Shown here piece after piece: positions 1 through 13,046 of a stretch of DNA of 64,000 nt. The notes beneath the pieces were generated by a model, which made no database searches, was not told where the DNA came from, and saw only the letters and a program-made list of their open reading frames with translations. Within the stretch, counting starts at the first letter, position 1, and each line of letters begins with the position of its first letter. Origin of the DNA: Octopus sinensis (taxonomy: Eukaryota); contig NC_043001.1 of NCBI RefSeq assembly GCF_006345805.1, positions 109,306,001 to 109,370,000 on the forward strand. Reading direction: 5' to 3'. The position numbers were made by a program, and so were the translations under genes.

Positions 1-100
1 GTATGTATGCATGTATGTATGCATGTATGTATGTATGTATGTATGTACGTATGTATGTATGTATGTATGTATGTATGTATACATGCATGTTTGTATCTAT
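1..100. repeat. (ATGT)n microsatellite
   Basis: Direct tetranucleotide repeat with ATGC variants. Confidence 0.95.
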
Positions 101-940
101 GGACGTATGTAGTTCTATGTATTATTCATTCAGCCTGTTTGGATTTTCTGGGGAGATCTTAATCATCTTAGTAGCGTTTCAGCAAGCGAAGAATGTAACT
201 CTTCTTGAATACCTTACAGTTCGCTGATACTGAATATCGATATATATATACATATATAGAATTCATTAGTGTGTGGGTGTCTTTATCAAAGTGCGACCTG
301 CCTTTCTTCATGCTCTCTTTCTTCATGTTCTCCTTCAGGTTCCAGGTCTTTTAACTACCTATACAGTATAGTTGTATTCTTGATTAACTCTGGTATGTCC
401 TATAGTTTGGTTCTGCAAAACCCACCCCGTTTACCGCTGTATTCCGCCTACACATCGATGAATTACTTGCTGCCACATCCAACAGAACCTACTCTTATGC
501 AGATTATACAACCCTTAATCCCTTCCTAATCATCTTTATGTAACCTGTACTCCACACACCATATCCATCCTGCAGTGGGTCCATGCCAATCTCGTCACTT
601 TTACCATCGAAAAATATTAAGCTCTACTCATATCCAGTAAACAGCATCGCACCACCTCTAAACATACGCGACAAACAACTAGAATGTTCATAAACCGGGG
701 TCCCTAAAACCGAGAATCTGATAAAACCCTCATTTTCGGCATACCCAAGACCGCATCTCAAAAAATCTACCCCTTTACATTTGGGCTAGAATATGTTGTA
801 GCTCCCAACTGCTGATGACAGTCAACGTGGCTTTAGTGAGTCCTGCAATGGATTACTGCTCGCGTATTTAGTACGGTGCTGGTGCTACACACATCGACAT
901 CCTGGATCACATGGCAAATGTCATTCGGTTGTTTAAAGGA

Positions 941-1330
941 CGCACTGGGGTCGATGTAACCGTTTGTCTGTCCTTGTTTGTCCCCTCTGTATTTAGCCCC
1001 TTGTGAGTAGTAAATAAATATGTATTTCGTCTGCTGTTACGTTCTGAGTTCAAGTTACGCCGAGGTCGACTTAGCCTTTCATTCTTTCGGGGTCGATAAA
1101 ATAAGTATCTATTTCTTTACTGCCCACAAAGGGCTAAACACAGACAAGGACAGAAAAATGGATTAAGTCGATTACATCGACCCCAGGGCGTAACTGGTAC
1201 TTATTTAAACGACCCCGACAGGATGAAAGGCAAAGTCGACCTCGGCGGAATTTGAACTCAGAACGTAGCGCAGACAAAATACAGCTATGCATTTCGCCCG
1301 GTGTGCTAACGTTTCTGCCAGCTCGCCACC
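941..1330. mobile_element. SINE-A inverted pair: + strand tail+body fragment (941-1108) abutting a full - strand copy (1109-1330)
   Basis: - strand copy has A-box-like TGGCAGAAACGTTAGC, B-box GAGTTCAAATTCC, central GTCGACTTTGCCTTTCATCC core and tail ...GTGGGCAGTAAAGAAAT. Confidence 0.9.
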
Positions 1331-2095
1331 TTTATCTATCTATAATAATGCTCCACCAAGACCGTCAGTTGAAGATCCAAGTGCTTCTGAAGTTACAATT
1401 GCACAGTGATGAAAGTTGAGGCCCATTTATATTTGTGTCTGTATATTTTGTCTTTGATGATTTCATTTGTTCATCTTTGATATTGAAATAGTGATATTTT
1501 CAGCACTTATACAAATACAGTTGAAACTTTTGCGGAATTTCTATTATCTATGAATTAACTTGTGCATTAAATCAGAGAAATTTGTTGTTATGTTTGAAAG
1601 AACATTTGAAGTAAAATGGCAGTGGAAACCCATAGTTATCAATGTTCGGTTTATGCACATCAAGGTGTTATTCGCATCTTATATGAATTGTATTTCATTT
1701 TAAAATTCGTTTTGTGCTAAAGCAGTGTTATAATATTATAATATCAATCGCGGTTGGACAACTCTTCGTCGAACGAAATGTTAACGACCCGTCTACTGGA
1801 GTTCCTGAATATGTTACTTGATTAATTCTATGTAAATGTGCTTTAAAATGCGTATTAAAATGTATGAACGTTTCATGGTTATTTCCTTACGGAAGATATT
1901 TTGCTGTAATGTACGTTTAAACCAATTGACATTGAATTAACAAACTTAGTACAAGTTAATGGGATTTTAAATCAAATTCTCTCGATGTTTTTATAAGCAC
2001 TTTCTGAATTTAACTTTAGTAAAGCTTTATGAAAGCGTTGTGATGTAATAAAATAATCGAACGCCATGGCTTGTAGTTGCTTCTTATATCTTTCA

Positions 2096-2478
2096 ACTCT
2101 ATATCTTTTATTTGTTTCTGTATTTAGACTGCGGCCATGCTGGGGCACCGCCTTGAAGAGCTTTTAGTCGAATCAATCGACCACAAAACATTTTTTTTAC
2201 ACCTGCCACTTATTCTATCGTTATCTTTAACTGAACCGCTAATTTACGGGGGAGGGGGCGTAAACAAACCAGTATCGGTTGTCAAGCGGTGGTGGAAGAC
2301 AAACACATACATATCTATATATACGATTGGCTTCTTTCAGTTTCTGTCTATCAATCTATCAATTCCACCCGCAAGGCTTTGGTCTGTTCGAGGCTACAGT
2401 AGAAGACAGATACCCAAGATTTTACGCACTGGGACTGAACCCTGGGAGGCAAACTTCTTACAACACAGCCACGCCTGT
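2096..2478 (-). mobile_element. SINE-B (tRNA-like head, internal microsatellite, tail ...CAGCATGGCCGCAGTC)
   Basis: Diverged copy of the family seen at 26602-27000 and 28367-28763. Confidence 0.85.
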
Positions 2479-3034
2479 GACTTTGTTATTAATGATCCCG
2501 ATATGACTGCTTTAATGAAGTATAATGAAGTCACGATGACTTAATTCAAAGAATTCCTCTTAAGATTTTGAACACGATGCGATTATGGCTTTCACCTCCT
2601 TAATGGACCATGTTTAGATTCAGAAAGGACTTAATAGACTTAATTATCTTTTACAGATTTTAATTTAAAAGCCTCTGCAAATACTAATATTAAAATTATC
2701 AGTTTCAGGAATATTATTTTGAAACTCAGTGAAGGCAAATATCTGTTGTACAGACAGCTCAAATAAAATGATGATCTTGTTTATAAATAAAATAAGTAAA
2801 CTTCCATCGTATTGAAAAGAAATATTTTCAACAATATTAGTAATTGGATCGACAACTTCACGTTGAAGGAAAAGTCATTTTAGTAATATCTCCTATTACA
2901 AAGCAAGCTTTACCACTAAACGAACTTCAAGAGGAAATACATTACATGAAGGAAACCTATGACACACAGACGTGCAAATACACACACGTACACACATAGA
3001 AGCACACATACACACATGTACGCGCGCACGCACG

Positions 3035-3635
3035 CTTGCAAAAGTTGGACGGTTTATGAACGCCACGCCAAAATGCTAAAGCACTTCTATATGAACTGCC
3101 TGAGGAACTTCAACCGTGTTTCGTGGTCTGCTACCACAACAGCTCCTTTATAGGATCCAGTTAGCTCAAGACATCATCAGGAGGAACCACGTCCGGTTTC
3201 GGCCCCTACTCCTCTATCGTTCTGACGTGCCCCCCCTTTCAGAGGTGTCTTCGGGTCTGGTGTTGGGTGCATGTCTTCTTTCTAAACCACTTCCACATGA
3301 ACTGCCTGAAAAAAACCAGATGAAGGTTTCCTAGCAAGACAAGGTCGCAGACAGAGAGGTCCTCTTTCGAGCTGATCTGCCAAGCATTTACACACTGCTG
3401 AGGAGAGCGCAAGTGAGATGGGCGAACCACCTTGTTCGAATGTCTGACACGCGACTCCCCGAGATATTGTTTTACAGCGAACTGGCGGAAGGCAAACGCA
3501 TGCATGCTGGACTGAAAAAGCGCGTCAAGGATACACTCAGAGTCTCACCGAAGGGACCTAAGATCAACCCCGACACCTGGGAAATGCAAGTACAAGACCA
3601 TCCATCCTTGCAATGCTGCACCAACAGAGGCACCA
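3035..3635 (+). mobile_element. RTE-clade LINE ORF2 C-terminal fragment, decayed and interrupted
   Basis: Translates to SWTVYERHAKMLKHFYMNCLR ... QDKVADREVL ... RWANHLVRMSDTRLPEILFYSELAEGKR..GLKKRVKDTL, typical of the RTE/BovB post-RT region. Confidence 0.85.
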
Positions 3636-4306
3636 CCTCTCTATATATAATAATAATTTCATTGGGAGATGTAACACTGGTGTTTACTGTATTAAACCCA
3701 TCCTAGAATACTAGCTATCTGATAAAGATGTAATCTAGAGATCGTTTGTTCTACCAAACTAATGTCTGAATATCCAGAAGTATCCATATAGATTTTGTAA
3801 TGCCAAAACAATAAGGTGAATGAACGAGTAATTTTACTAGTTCTATTTACAACTGTTTCACATTAATTCAAACAATCAATCTTGCAACATTATATAATAA
3901 TACATGAAACTAATAATTACTTGCCATATGTCATTCAGGTCAACTCTAGTAACACATGTTTAATATGATTGTTCGGAACTGCATATAAAATAACACGGTG
4001 AAATCACAGAACACTGAATATGTACACATTACAAATGGGGGTGTTCGCATGATTATTTTTACACAATACAAACAAATTTGTGACGAGAATTTAATTGATC
4101 AAGAAAAAAACATAGTTTAGACGCGATAATGAATTATTCTTTGGTTGACAAGTTTAATATCACTAACAGGATTTTATTGCCGTTTGTCTCATTAAATAAA
4201 TCTAATGTTTTATGATGCTTTGAGAGACATTCCCTTAAATAGTTAGGTAGAAAGTCGAGACAGAAAAAAACAGCAAATCATTTTTTCCCGACGTTCTAAC
4301 AAAAAA

Positions 4307-4940
4307 GGTGGCGATTGGGCAAAATCGCTTGCGCGCTGGGTAAAATGCTTAGCTGCATTTCGTTCTGAGTTGAAATTCTGCCGAGGTCAACTTTGTCTTC
4401 AACCCTTTCGAGGCCGATAAAGATACCTGTTGAGAACAGGACTCGATGTGATCAACTTCCCCCTCCCCCCAAATTGCTGGCCTTGTGTCAAAATTTGAAA
4501 CTAATATCTCCAGACAAAATGCTATGTATCATGCATAAGTACTGCCTAAGCTCACTTAAATACCGTCCACATTTCTTTCAAAGTTTTATTAAACTGCTTT
4601 CTCTAGTTTGAATTCCACCCGTGTCTACTCTGCATAACATCTACCTTATCAGTTCACAAAATATATACAGGTGTGTGCTGGATTGAAATTAACCGAAGGT
4701 TCTCTTTCCAAACTAATATTAGACATTGTAAACGTATGAGAGGTAATAGCGGTTGCAAATTTTGGGATAAGGCCAGTAATGTCGGAGTAAGAATCAATTA
4801 CTCAACTGCTACTTATTTTACCGACCCAAAAGGATGAAAAGCAAAATCGATCTCGGCGTAATTTGAACTCAGAACGTGCATACAGTTGAAAATCCGCTTA
4901 GCATTTTCCGGCGCTGTAACGATTCTTCCATCTCATCGCT
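4307..4940. mobile_element. Two diverged SINE-A copies with type-2 tail (4307-4505 +, 4751-4940 -)
   Basis: Same head and core as SINE-A, tail ...CCCCCAAATTGCTGGCCTTGTGTCAAAATTTGAAAC. Confidence 0.8.
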
Positions 4941-5318
4941 CTGTATTAGAAGTAATGTTATCAAGACAGTGGAATCACAGTATAAACAGAACAAGAGACA
5001 AAAAGCATTTTTGGTATTCCCAAAAGCATTTTGTGTATTCAGCCGCATATTAAGTTCTGACATCAAATGCCACCTTGGATAATTTTGGTGTTCCTGGGTG
5101 AATGTAATAAGTGCGATGCAAATAGATGGAGCGCAAGGAGGATCCGGTAGTCAACAATTTCCATTCGTTATCAAGAGAGCTCAAGTTCGATTTCACTGAT
5201 TGTCTTTTTAAGCAAGTGTTTTCAAATTTATTTTCGGGTCGAACAAAACATGTGAAACAGAAAGAATACTTATTGCATTCACTGTCTGTCTGTCTTTCTG
5301 TCTGTCTCACTCTTATTG

Positions 5319-5376
<58 letters not shown>

Positions 5377-5382
5377 GCTCAC

Positions 5383-5441
<59 letters not shown>

Positions 5442-5770
5442 CGTTTGTGTATATCTTTGTGTCAGTTGTTTGTCCTCCACCGTAGCTACACAAACGGTTT
5501 TGGTGCTTTTATCGCTGTAATTTAGCGATTCAGCAAAAGTAGGCGATACAGTAAGTATCGGGATTTAAAAAAGTGCCGTTGTCGACTGGTTCGGCAAATT
5601 TTTTTTCAAAACAGTGCCCCAGAGTGGCCGCAGACGAATTACTGGAACGAAGAAAGGATAAAAGATAAAAGACAGTTCGGTTTCCTTGTACGTCTGCACT
5701 GTCCTGTTTTTGCTCCTAACATTGACCCTCCATAAATCCTAAATTTTATTTTAGAATTTATGGGAACAAC

Positions 5771-5821
5771 TGTCTTTGAAGACTCATATTGTCGTTGAAT
5801 GCTCGAAATGGGGAGTAGACA
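5771..5821 (+). ncRNA. Degenerate type-I hammerhead-like motif (probable PLE remnant)
   Basis: TGTCT-TTGAAGA-...-GAAA-TGGGGA-GT-AGACA; stem I TGTCT/AGACA pairs, core and stem II are mutated. Confidence 0.35.
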
Positions 5822-5938
5822 GACAACCGACAACTGATGAAGGGTCCTTTCTCTATGGATACTTGTCCTGTTTTTACATATTTCATGTCGTTTGCACAAT
5901 TGGTTTCGTTCTGTTCCCTTACATGTATATACATACAC

Positions 5939-5972
<34 letters not shown>

Positions 5973-6419
5973 ATATTATCAAAGATTAGGTTAATAAAAT
6001 ATGGGAGATTTTTATACAATGATAGTATTATAATCTCTTACAAAACCTTTTTTGCTAAATTTTAAGCACACAAAATTAGGTGGTTCCTTATACACGTTAA
6101 AATATCTGGGAATTGAAATCGCGATCATACGATCGCAAGTCCGCTGCCATAACCACTGGGCCATTGCGCCTCCATCCTGGCTATTGTAAACAGAAGGAGA
6201 AAGCATACTGTCGCTGCGCTGCTGTCGCTATTGCACTCGCTTCTCAAGCAAGCATTGCAGCTGAACTATGAACGTAAAGGATAACGCGTGTTTCCTGCTG
6301 CTATGAAATATGTACAAATTGCAATCAAGGCTGTCGCTGCTGCCATTGTTATAATTATTGTTTTCTTATTCTTTAGCCCTCGGCTCAAATGTGCTCCACC
6401 CATGCAATTCTGATCGCTA

Positions 6420-6633
6420 CTCTTCTTTTATCTCTTACATATTTTCTTATTTCAGTCATTAAACTGCGGCCGTGCTGGGGCATAACTTTCAAGAAATTTT
6501 AGTCGAATGAACAATCGGTGCCAGTGTTTATATCTTTTTAAGACTGGTGCTTATTCTATCATTTAATTTTGCCGCACCGCTAGATTACAGGGTGCGTAAA
6601 CACACCAACACCGGCTATGGAGTGATGGGGAGG

Positions 6634-6675
<42 letters not shown>

Positions 6676-7042
6676 ACACACATACACACACACATGCACA
6701 CACACACACACAACGGGCTCCTTTCAGTTTCTGTCTATCAACCAAATCCACTCAAAAGCCTTTGGTCTATCGGTCCATTTTGCCGAACCGCTAAGTTACG
6801 GGACGTAAACACACCAGCATCTGTTATGAAGCGATGTTGGGGGGAGAAACACAAACACATACACACATATATATACATACGACGAGCTTCTTTCAGTTTC
6901 CGTCTACCGAATCCACTTTCAATGCTTTGGTCGGCCCGAGGTTATAGTAGAAGACACTGGCCCAAAGTGTCACGCAGTGGGAATGAACCCGGAACCATGT
7001 GGTCGGTAAGCAAGCTACTTACCACACAGCCATTCCTGCGCC
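6420..7042 (-). mobile_element. Composite SINE-B (one head, two partial 3' halves, internal (CA)n)
   Basis: Head GGCGCAGGAATGGCTGTGTGGTAAG on - strand at 7042; 3' modules repeated. Confidence 0.8.
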
Positions 7043-8198
7043 TATATGTACACATATATATATAGATATCGACCACAGTACTCTTTATTTTAAGATTCAT
7101 ACTTAATCCATCGGTTCTTTTGACGGAACACTAAGTCACGAGGACTTCGTTAATAATTCGAAGTTCAACGCAAGCAAGTTTTATTAGTATTGCAGACATT
7201 TTTAGTTCTTCAAATTCCTGAATTCGGTGCTCCAGCATGACCGCAGTCTAATATCTGAAGGAAGAAAAAGATACAAAATTATCGTGGATTGTTGTGTGAC
7301 ATGAATTACTGGAAGGGAGATGAGGCTTATCTTCTGCTCCGTAGATCAATATCGTTAGCATCCGTTGTAGAGAGGAGACGATCTTTGCGATGTTTCTTGA
7401 TACTTGCGGCGCACAATCTATCTGTATAAATCTGGTTTTAAAATGCGTTGGGTACGGCATTCTTGATTGTCTGAATTATACGTGCTTTTAAAGCAACGCC
7501 CACTATAGTAAAGAAAGTATCACTAATGGGTGACCTTATTATTGTAAGTTTACTCCGTCATGAACACTCACCCTCGCCCTCTCAATATTCATTCTCTCTC
7601 TCTCTCTCCTCTCTCTCTCTATTTGTATATATATATATTATATATATAATATACACATATACATACATATTAATATATATATATATAATATATATTATTA
7701 TATATATATACACATACATATATATACACATACACACATACATAGAAGTAAATATAAGGAAATAATGTGTATGTGCGTATATATATATATGTATACACAC
7801 ACACACTATATATATATATACTTATATATATATATTACACACATATATATATATATAAATATATATATCGAGAGAGAGACACAGACACACAAATATGCAC
7901 ACATATATGTGCATCTCTGCGTGAGTCTGTGTGTGTATTATATATATTATATATATATATATAATATATATATATAATATATATACACATATATATATAC
8001 ACACACACACATATATATATACACACACACATATATATACATATATGTATAATGAAAAATAATATATATAATAAAAAATTATATATACATATATATATAT
8101 ATATGTATGTATGTATATAGTTTGAATTGATAAAAAGAACAAAAGACAGTAGTATAACATCAAGCAGGTGTATTACTTTAACGCTCGAGGTGAAAAGT

Positions 8199-8234
8199 CT
8201 TTTACGTTTCGAGCCCACGCTCTTCAACAGAAAG
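8199..8234 (-). ncRNA. Minimal type-I hammerhead motif, A6U variant, in a PLE-type terminal repeat
   Basis: - strand CTTT-CTGTTGA-A-GAGC(GTGG)GCTC-GAAA-CGTA-AAAG: stems I and II pair, stem III reduced to palindromic ACGT. Confidence 0.6.
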
Positions 8235-8273
8235 GAATACTAAGAAATAACAGAGAGAGAATAAAAAGAGAGG

Positions 8274-8341
<68 letters not shown>

Positions 8342-9281
8342 GTCCTCAACGTCAGCAACAGCGTTAAAAGTCGAATCATACTTTAAGTAAATAAAATTTC
8401 TGTTGTTCTTTACTTCGCGTTTCTTGTACTAAAGTGCAACATTTCATCGCTCTTCGGTTTCCTGGCCACTCTCAAAATTCTCTATTATATGTTACACATA
8501 GAATATGTACTCCAGTCGAGTTATTATAAGCTTCATGTGGTTTACCTCCTTTATTTTTCCTTCCATTCAGTGGCCCCTTTCGACCTATTGTACTTTTGCT
8601 GTTTGACCTTTTGATGTATGGACCATTAATCATTACCAGAATTGAATCTCCCTTTTCCCTATTTAACTGTGTTCTATTCTGCTATATATTATTATTATTC
8701 CTTCCTTTCAAAAAACAAAAAAACAAAAAAAAACAGACATAAATAGGTCTTATTACTTGTCGTTTATCCTTAATGGAACTGGTTTGAACGTTTGAGATGC
8801 TACCTATACTTATTGTCACAAAAAAATGTTTGAAATATTGGTTGATTTAATATCGCCGAAAGGTGAAGTTCCTGTAACATATAATTCTTATTTCTTTAGG
8901 GGATTCTTCAGTATTTAGCAGAAAAGAAATAAAACCGTAGATGAATTACAACTGAATAAACAAACAAAATTACACACATTTATATATATAGTCAACCTAT
9001 TTAAATAGTGGTATACATGAATGCACTCAAATTTAGATATCCACACATATTCTTATAGTGGGTAGTAAAGAAATAGGTATTTCGTTTATCGTTACGTTCT
9101 GAGTTCAAATTCCGCCGAGGTCGACTTTGCCTTTCATCCTTTCGGGGTCGATAAAATAAAGTACCAGTTTCGCACTGGTGTCGATATAATCGACTTAATC
9201 CCTTTGTCTGTCCTTGTTTTTCCCCTCTATGTTTAGCCCCTTGTGGGCAGAAAAGAAATTATATATATATATATATATATA

Positions 9282-9331
<50 letters not shown>

Positions 9332-9402
9332 GTAATGTATGTATGTATGTATGTATGTATGTGTGTCTATGTATGTATATACCGTCTCACATATACATGT
9401 AA

Positions 9403-9610
9403 TCATCATCGTCGTCATCATCATCATCATCATCGACATCATCATCATCATCATCATCATCATCACCTAGTTCCCTTCACTTGTGCAGTCAGACGTTGGG
9501 GTGCAGCTTTAGGCGTTTTTGGAGTCAGCCATCACAGATCTCATAGATCTCATGTATCTTACATCTTACCTTGATGCGGTATGGACCGAGATTCCCGTTG
9601 ACGGGACTTT
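9403..9610 (-). mobile_element. Probable RTE-type LINE 3' end with (TGA)n tail; second copy at about 11240-11450
   Basis: - strand ...RSVMADSKNA* followed by a short UTR and (GAT)n, the same tail repeat as the RTE at 27117. Confidence 0.45.
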
Positions 9611-9644
9611 GGCATTAAACAGAACGTTAAACATTCACGTTATG

Positions 9645-10585
9645 CGAATTAGTAACTCCAGAACTGGAAGAAGCATGGCTGATGACAGCCATAATGTTCA
9701 ATATGAAGAATGGGGCCATGATACTGAAGGCCACAAGAACTAATAAACTCAATTACTGGGGATATGGGATCGAACTCACTACCCAGGCAACAGTAGAGGA
9801 TTTGAATAGGATTGCGGAGGAGATAGCGCTACCAGACGACTCGAGATTAAGAATGAAGGTAGAGAGCAAGACGCCTGTATGTTTTGAATGTGGAATGAAG
9901 GGCCATATGAAGGCATGGTGCACCAGAAAAAGCAGCAAGTAGAGCAGGTGGAGAGACAAGAGAGCGTGGACCAGGTAGAACATGTCGAGACAAAGGAAAA
10001 AGAAACAGAGGATGATTTTACTATGGTAAAAAAAAGAAGGAGGAACGGATGGCTAGGTTCTCCGCCAGAGAAACAGAAAAAGAAGGAAGAAGATATGAGA
10101 AAAGAAACTGTGAAGGAGGTCAGCAGGAAGGAAGACGAAGGGTGGCAGAGAAAGAAAGTAAAAAGAAAGTGGAGTTAAAAGTAAAGATACCAGTTGTTCC
10201 GGTGGAAAAGGATTCGGAAATTCAACTGGCTGAAGAGGAGATGGAGGGACTGTTTAGAGTGGAGGAGGAACAGAGAGAACAAAGAGTTCCAAATAAAGGT
10301 AAGAAAATACAAGGAGGAAATGGAGTTTGGTATTACGTGACCTACCCGAAGAATGTAGAAACAGAGAAGAAGATAGTCAAGTTTAGTCAAATAGTAAGGG
10401 TGGACGTACCATCATACATATATGCAGAGGATATGAAAGTGATAGTGATCAAAAAGGAAAATTACAGGAAACTGGAAGAAATGTGTGGAGATAGTATTGA
10501 CCCACCAGGAGTAAGGGTGGAATTCAAAGAATTGCCACCAGTAGTAGATTTAGTGGAAATTGAACCAGTGATGGAGTACTACTAA
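9645..10585 (+). pseudogene. L1/Tx1-type ORF1 (gag-like CCHC zinc knuckle), frameshifted, copy 1
   Basis: PELEEAWL...RLRMKVESKTPV-CFECGMKGHMKAWC (CX2CX4HX4C), then a K/E-rich region and a C-terminal domain ending EPVMEYY*. Confidence 0.8.
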
Positions 10586-11119
10586 AAAGTAAATAAGTAT
10601 GTTATATTGAGTGAAAAGAAAAAGAAAAGAAAAAAGCAAAAGGAAAACAAAAAAATAAAATGGAATAAAAAAAGGAGTAAAGTGTTTTATGTTATGTTTT
10701 TAAAAATATTGGGAAATAGAAGAACAATTGTAGAGAATGTATATAACGGTTCAAATACTTGCAATGGTATGTAACACGATAATTAATTCTTATGTAGATA
10801 CATGATAAAAATGGACTACATGTGATGAGGAGCCATTCATAACCTCATTGTTATATAATCATAAAGGGCGGCGAGCTGGCAGAAACGTTAGCACGCCGAG
10901 CGAAACGCGTAGGCGTATTTCGTCTGTCGTTACATTCTGAGTTCAAATTCCGCCGAGGTCGACTTTGCCTTTCATCCTTTCGGGGTCGATAAAATAAAGT
11001 ACCAGTTTCGCACTGGTGTCGATATATCGACTTAATCCCTTTGTCTGTCCTTGTTTTTCCCCTCTATGTTTAGCCCCTTGTGGGCAGAAAAGACATATAT
11101 TATATATATATATATATAA

Positions 11120-11160
<41 letters not shown>

Positions 11161-11273
11161 GTATGTATGTATGAATGATGTATGTATGTATGTAGTAGTG
11201 TTCTATGTATGTATATACCGTCTCACATATACATTTATATCATCATCGTCGTCATCATCATCATCATCATCGA

Positions 11274-11305
<32 letters not shown>

Positions 11306-11484
11306 CCTAGTTCCCTTCACTTGTGCAGTCAGACGTTGGGGTGCAGCTTTAGGCGTTTTTGGAGTCAGCCATCACAGATCTCATAGATCTCATGTATCTT
11401 ACATCTTACCTTGATGCGGTATGGACCGAGATTCCCGTTGACGGGACTTTGGCATTAAACAGAACGTTAAACATTCACGTTATG

Positions 11485-13046
11485 CGAATTAGTAACTCCA
11501 GAACTGGAAGAAGCATGGCTGATGACAGCCATAATGTTCAATATGAAGAATGGGGCCATGATACTGAAGGCCACAAGAACTAATAAACTCAATTACTGGG
11601 GATATGGGATCGAACTCACTACCCAGGCACAGTAGAGGATTTGAATAGGATTGCGGAGGAGATAGCGCTACCAGACGACTCGAGATTAAGAATGAAGGTA
11701 GAGAGCAAGACGCCTGTATGTTTTGAATGTGGAATGAAGGGCCATATGAAGGCATGGTGCACCCAGAAAAAGCAGCAAGTAGAGCAGGTGGAGAGACAAG
11801 AGAGCGTGGACCAGGTAGAACATGTCGAGACAAAGGAAAAAGAAACAGAGGATGATTTTACTATGGTAAAAAAAAGAAGGAGGAACGGATGGCTAGGTTC
11901 TCCGCCAGAGAAACAGAAAAAGAAGGAAGAAGATATGAGAAAAGAAACTGTGAAGGAGGTCAGCAGGAAGGAAGACGAAGGGTGGCAGAGAAAGAAAGTA
12001 AAAAGAAGTGGAGTTAAAAGTAAAGATACCAGTTGTTCCGGTGGAAAAGGATTCGGAAATTCAACTGGCTGAAGAGGAGATGGAGGGACTGTTTTTAGAG
12101 TGGAGGAGGAGAGGAACAGAGAGAACAAAGAGTTCCAATAAAGGTAAGAAAATACAAGGAGGAAATGGAGTTTGGTATTACGTGACCTACCCGAAGAATG
12201 TAGAAACAGAGAAGAAGATAGTCAAGTTTAGTCAAATAGTAAGGGTGGACGTACCATCATACATATATGCAGAGGATATGAAAGTGATAGTGATCAAAAA
12301 GGAAAATTACAGGAAACTGGAAGAAATGTGTGGAGATAGTATTGACCCACCAGGAGTAAGGGTGGAATTCAAAGAATTGGCCACCAGTAGTAGATTTAGT
12401 GGAAATTGAACCAGTGATGGAGTACTACTAAAAAGTAATAAGTATGTTAATTGAGTGAAAAGAAAAAGAAAAGAAAAAAGCAAAAGGAAAACAAAAAAGA
12501 AAATGGAATAAAAAAGGAGTAAAGTGTTTTATGTTATGTTTTTAAAAATATTGGAAATAGAAGAACAATTGTAGAGAATGTATATAACGGTCAAATACTT
12601 GCAATGGTATGTAACACGATAATTAATTCTTATGTAGATACATGATAAAAATGGACTACATGTGATGAGGAGCCATTCATAACCTCATTGTTATATAATC
12701 ATAAAGGGCGGCGAGCTGGCAGAAACGTTAGCACGCCGAGCGAAACGCGTAGGCGTATTTCGTCTGTCGTTACATTCTGAGTTCAAATTCCGCCGAGGTC
12801 GACTTTGCCTTTCATCCTTTCGGGGTCGATAAATTAAGTACCAGTTTCGCACTGGGGTCGATATAATCAACTTAATCCCTTTGTCTGTCTTTGTTTGTCC
12901 CCTCTATGTTTAGCCCCTTGTGGGTAGTAAAGAAATATATATAATCATCTCATCATATTCGTTCTATGTATTGTCCCCTCTGTGGTGTCCTGTCTGTCCT
13001 TGTAGGTCCCCCTCTATGTTTGGGCCCTTGTGGCTAATAAAGAAAC
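11485..13046 (+). mobile_element. ORF1-only non-LTR element, copy 2: ORF1 to stop 12431, A-rich 3' UTR interrupted by SINE-A (12707-12936), AATAAA at 13036 and a SINE-A-like tail
   Basis: SINE flanked by TSD-like TATATAATCAT; the remaining UTR ends GTCTGTCCTTGTAGGTCCCCCTCTATGTTTGGGCCCTTGTGGCTAATAAAGAAAC. Confidence 0.7.

Larger units (their letters stand above)
9075..12936 (+). repeat. Tandem duplication, period about 1840 bp, bounded by three SINE-A copies
   Basis: About 9380-10870 is near-identical to about 11200-12710; SINE heads at 10867 and 12707. Confidence 0.95.

Noticed and set aside
3846-3940. CTGAATGA...GAAACAGTTGTA on - strand as a hammerhead
   Set aside because: The core has an insertion and stem I does not pair.
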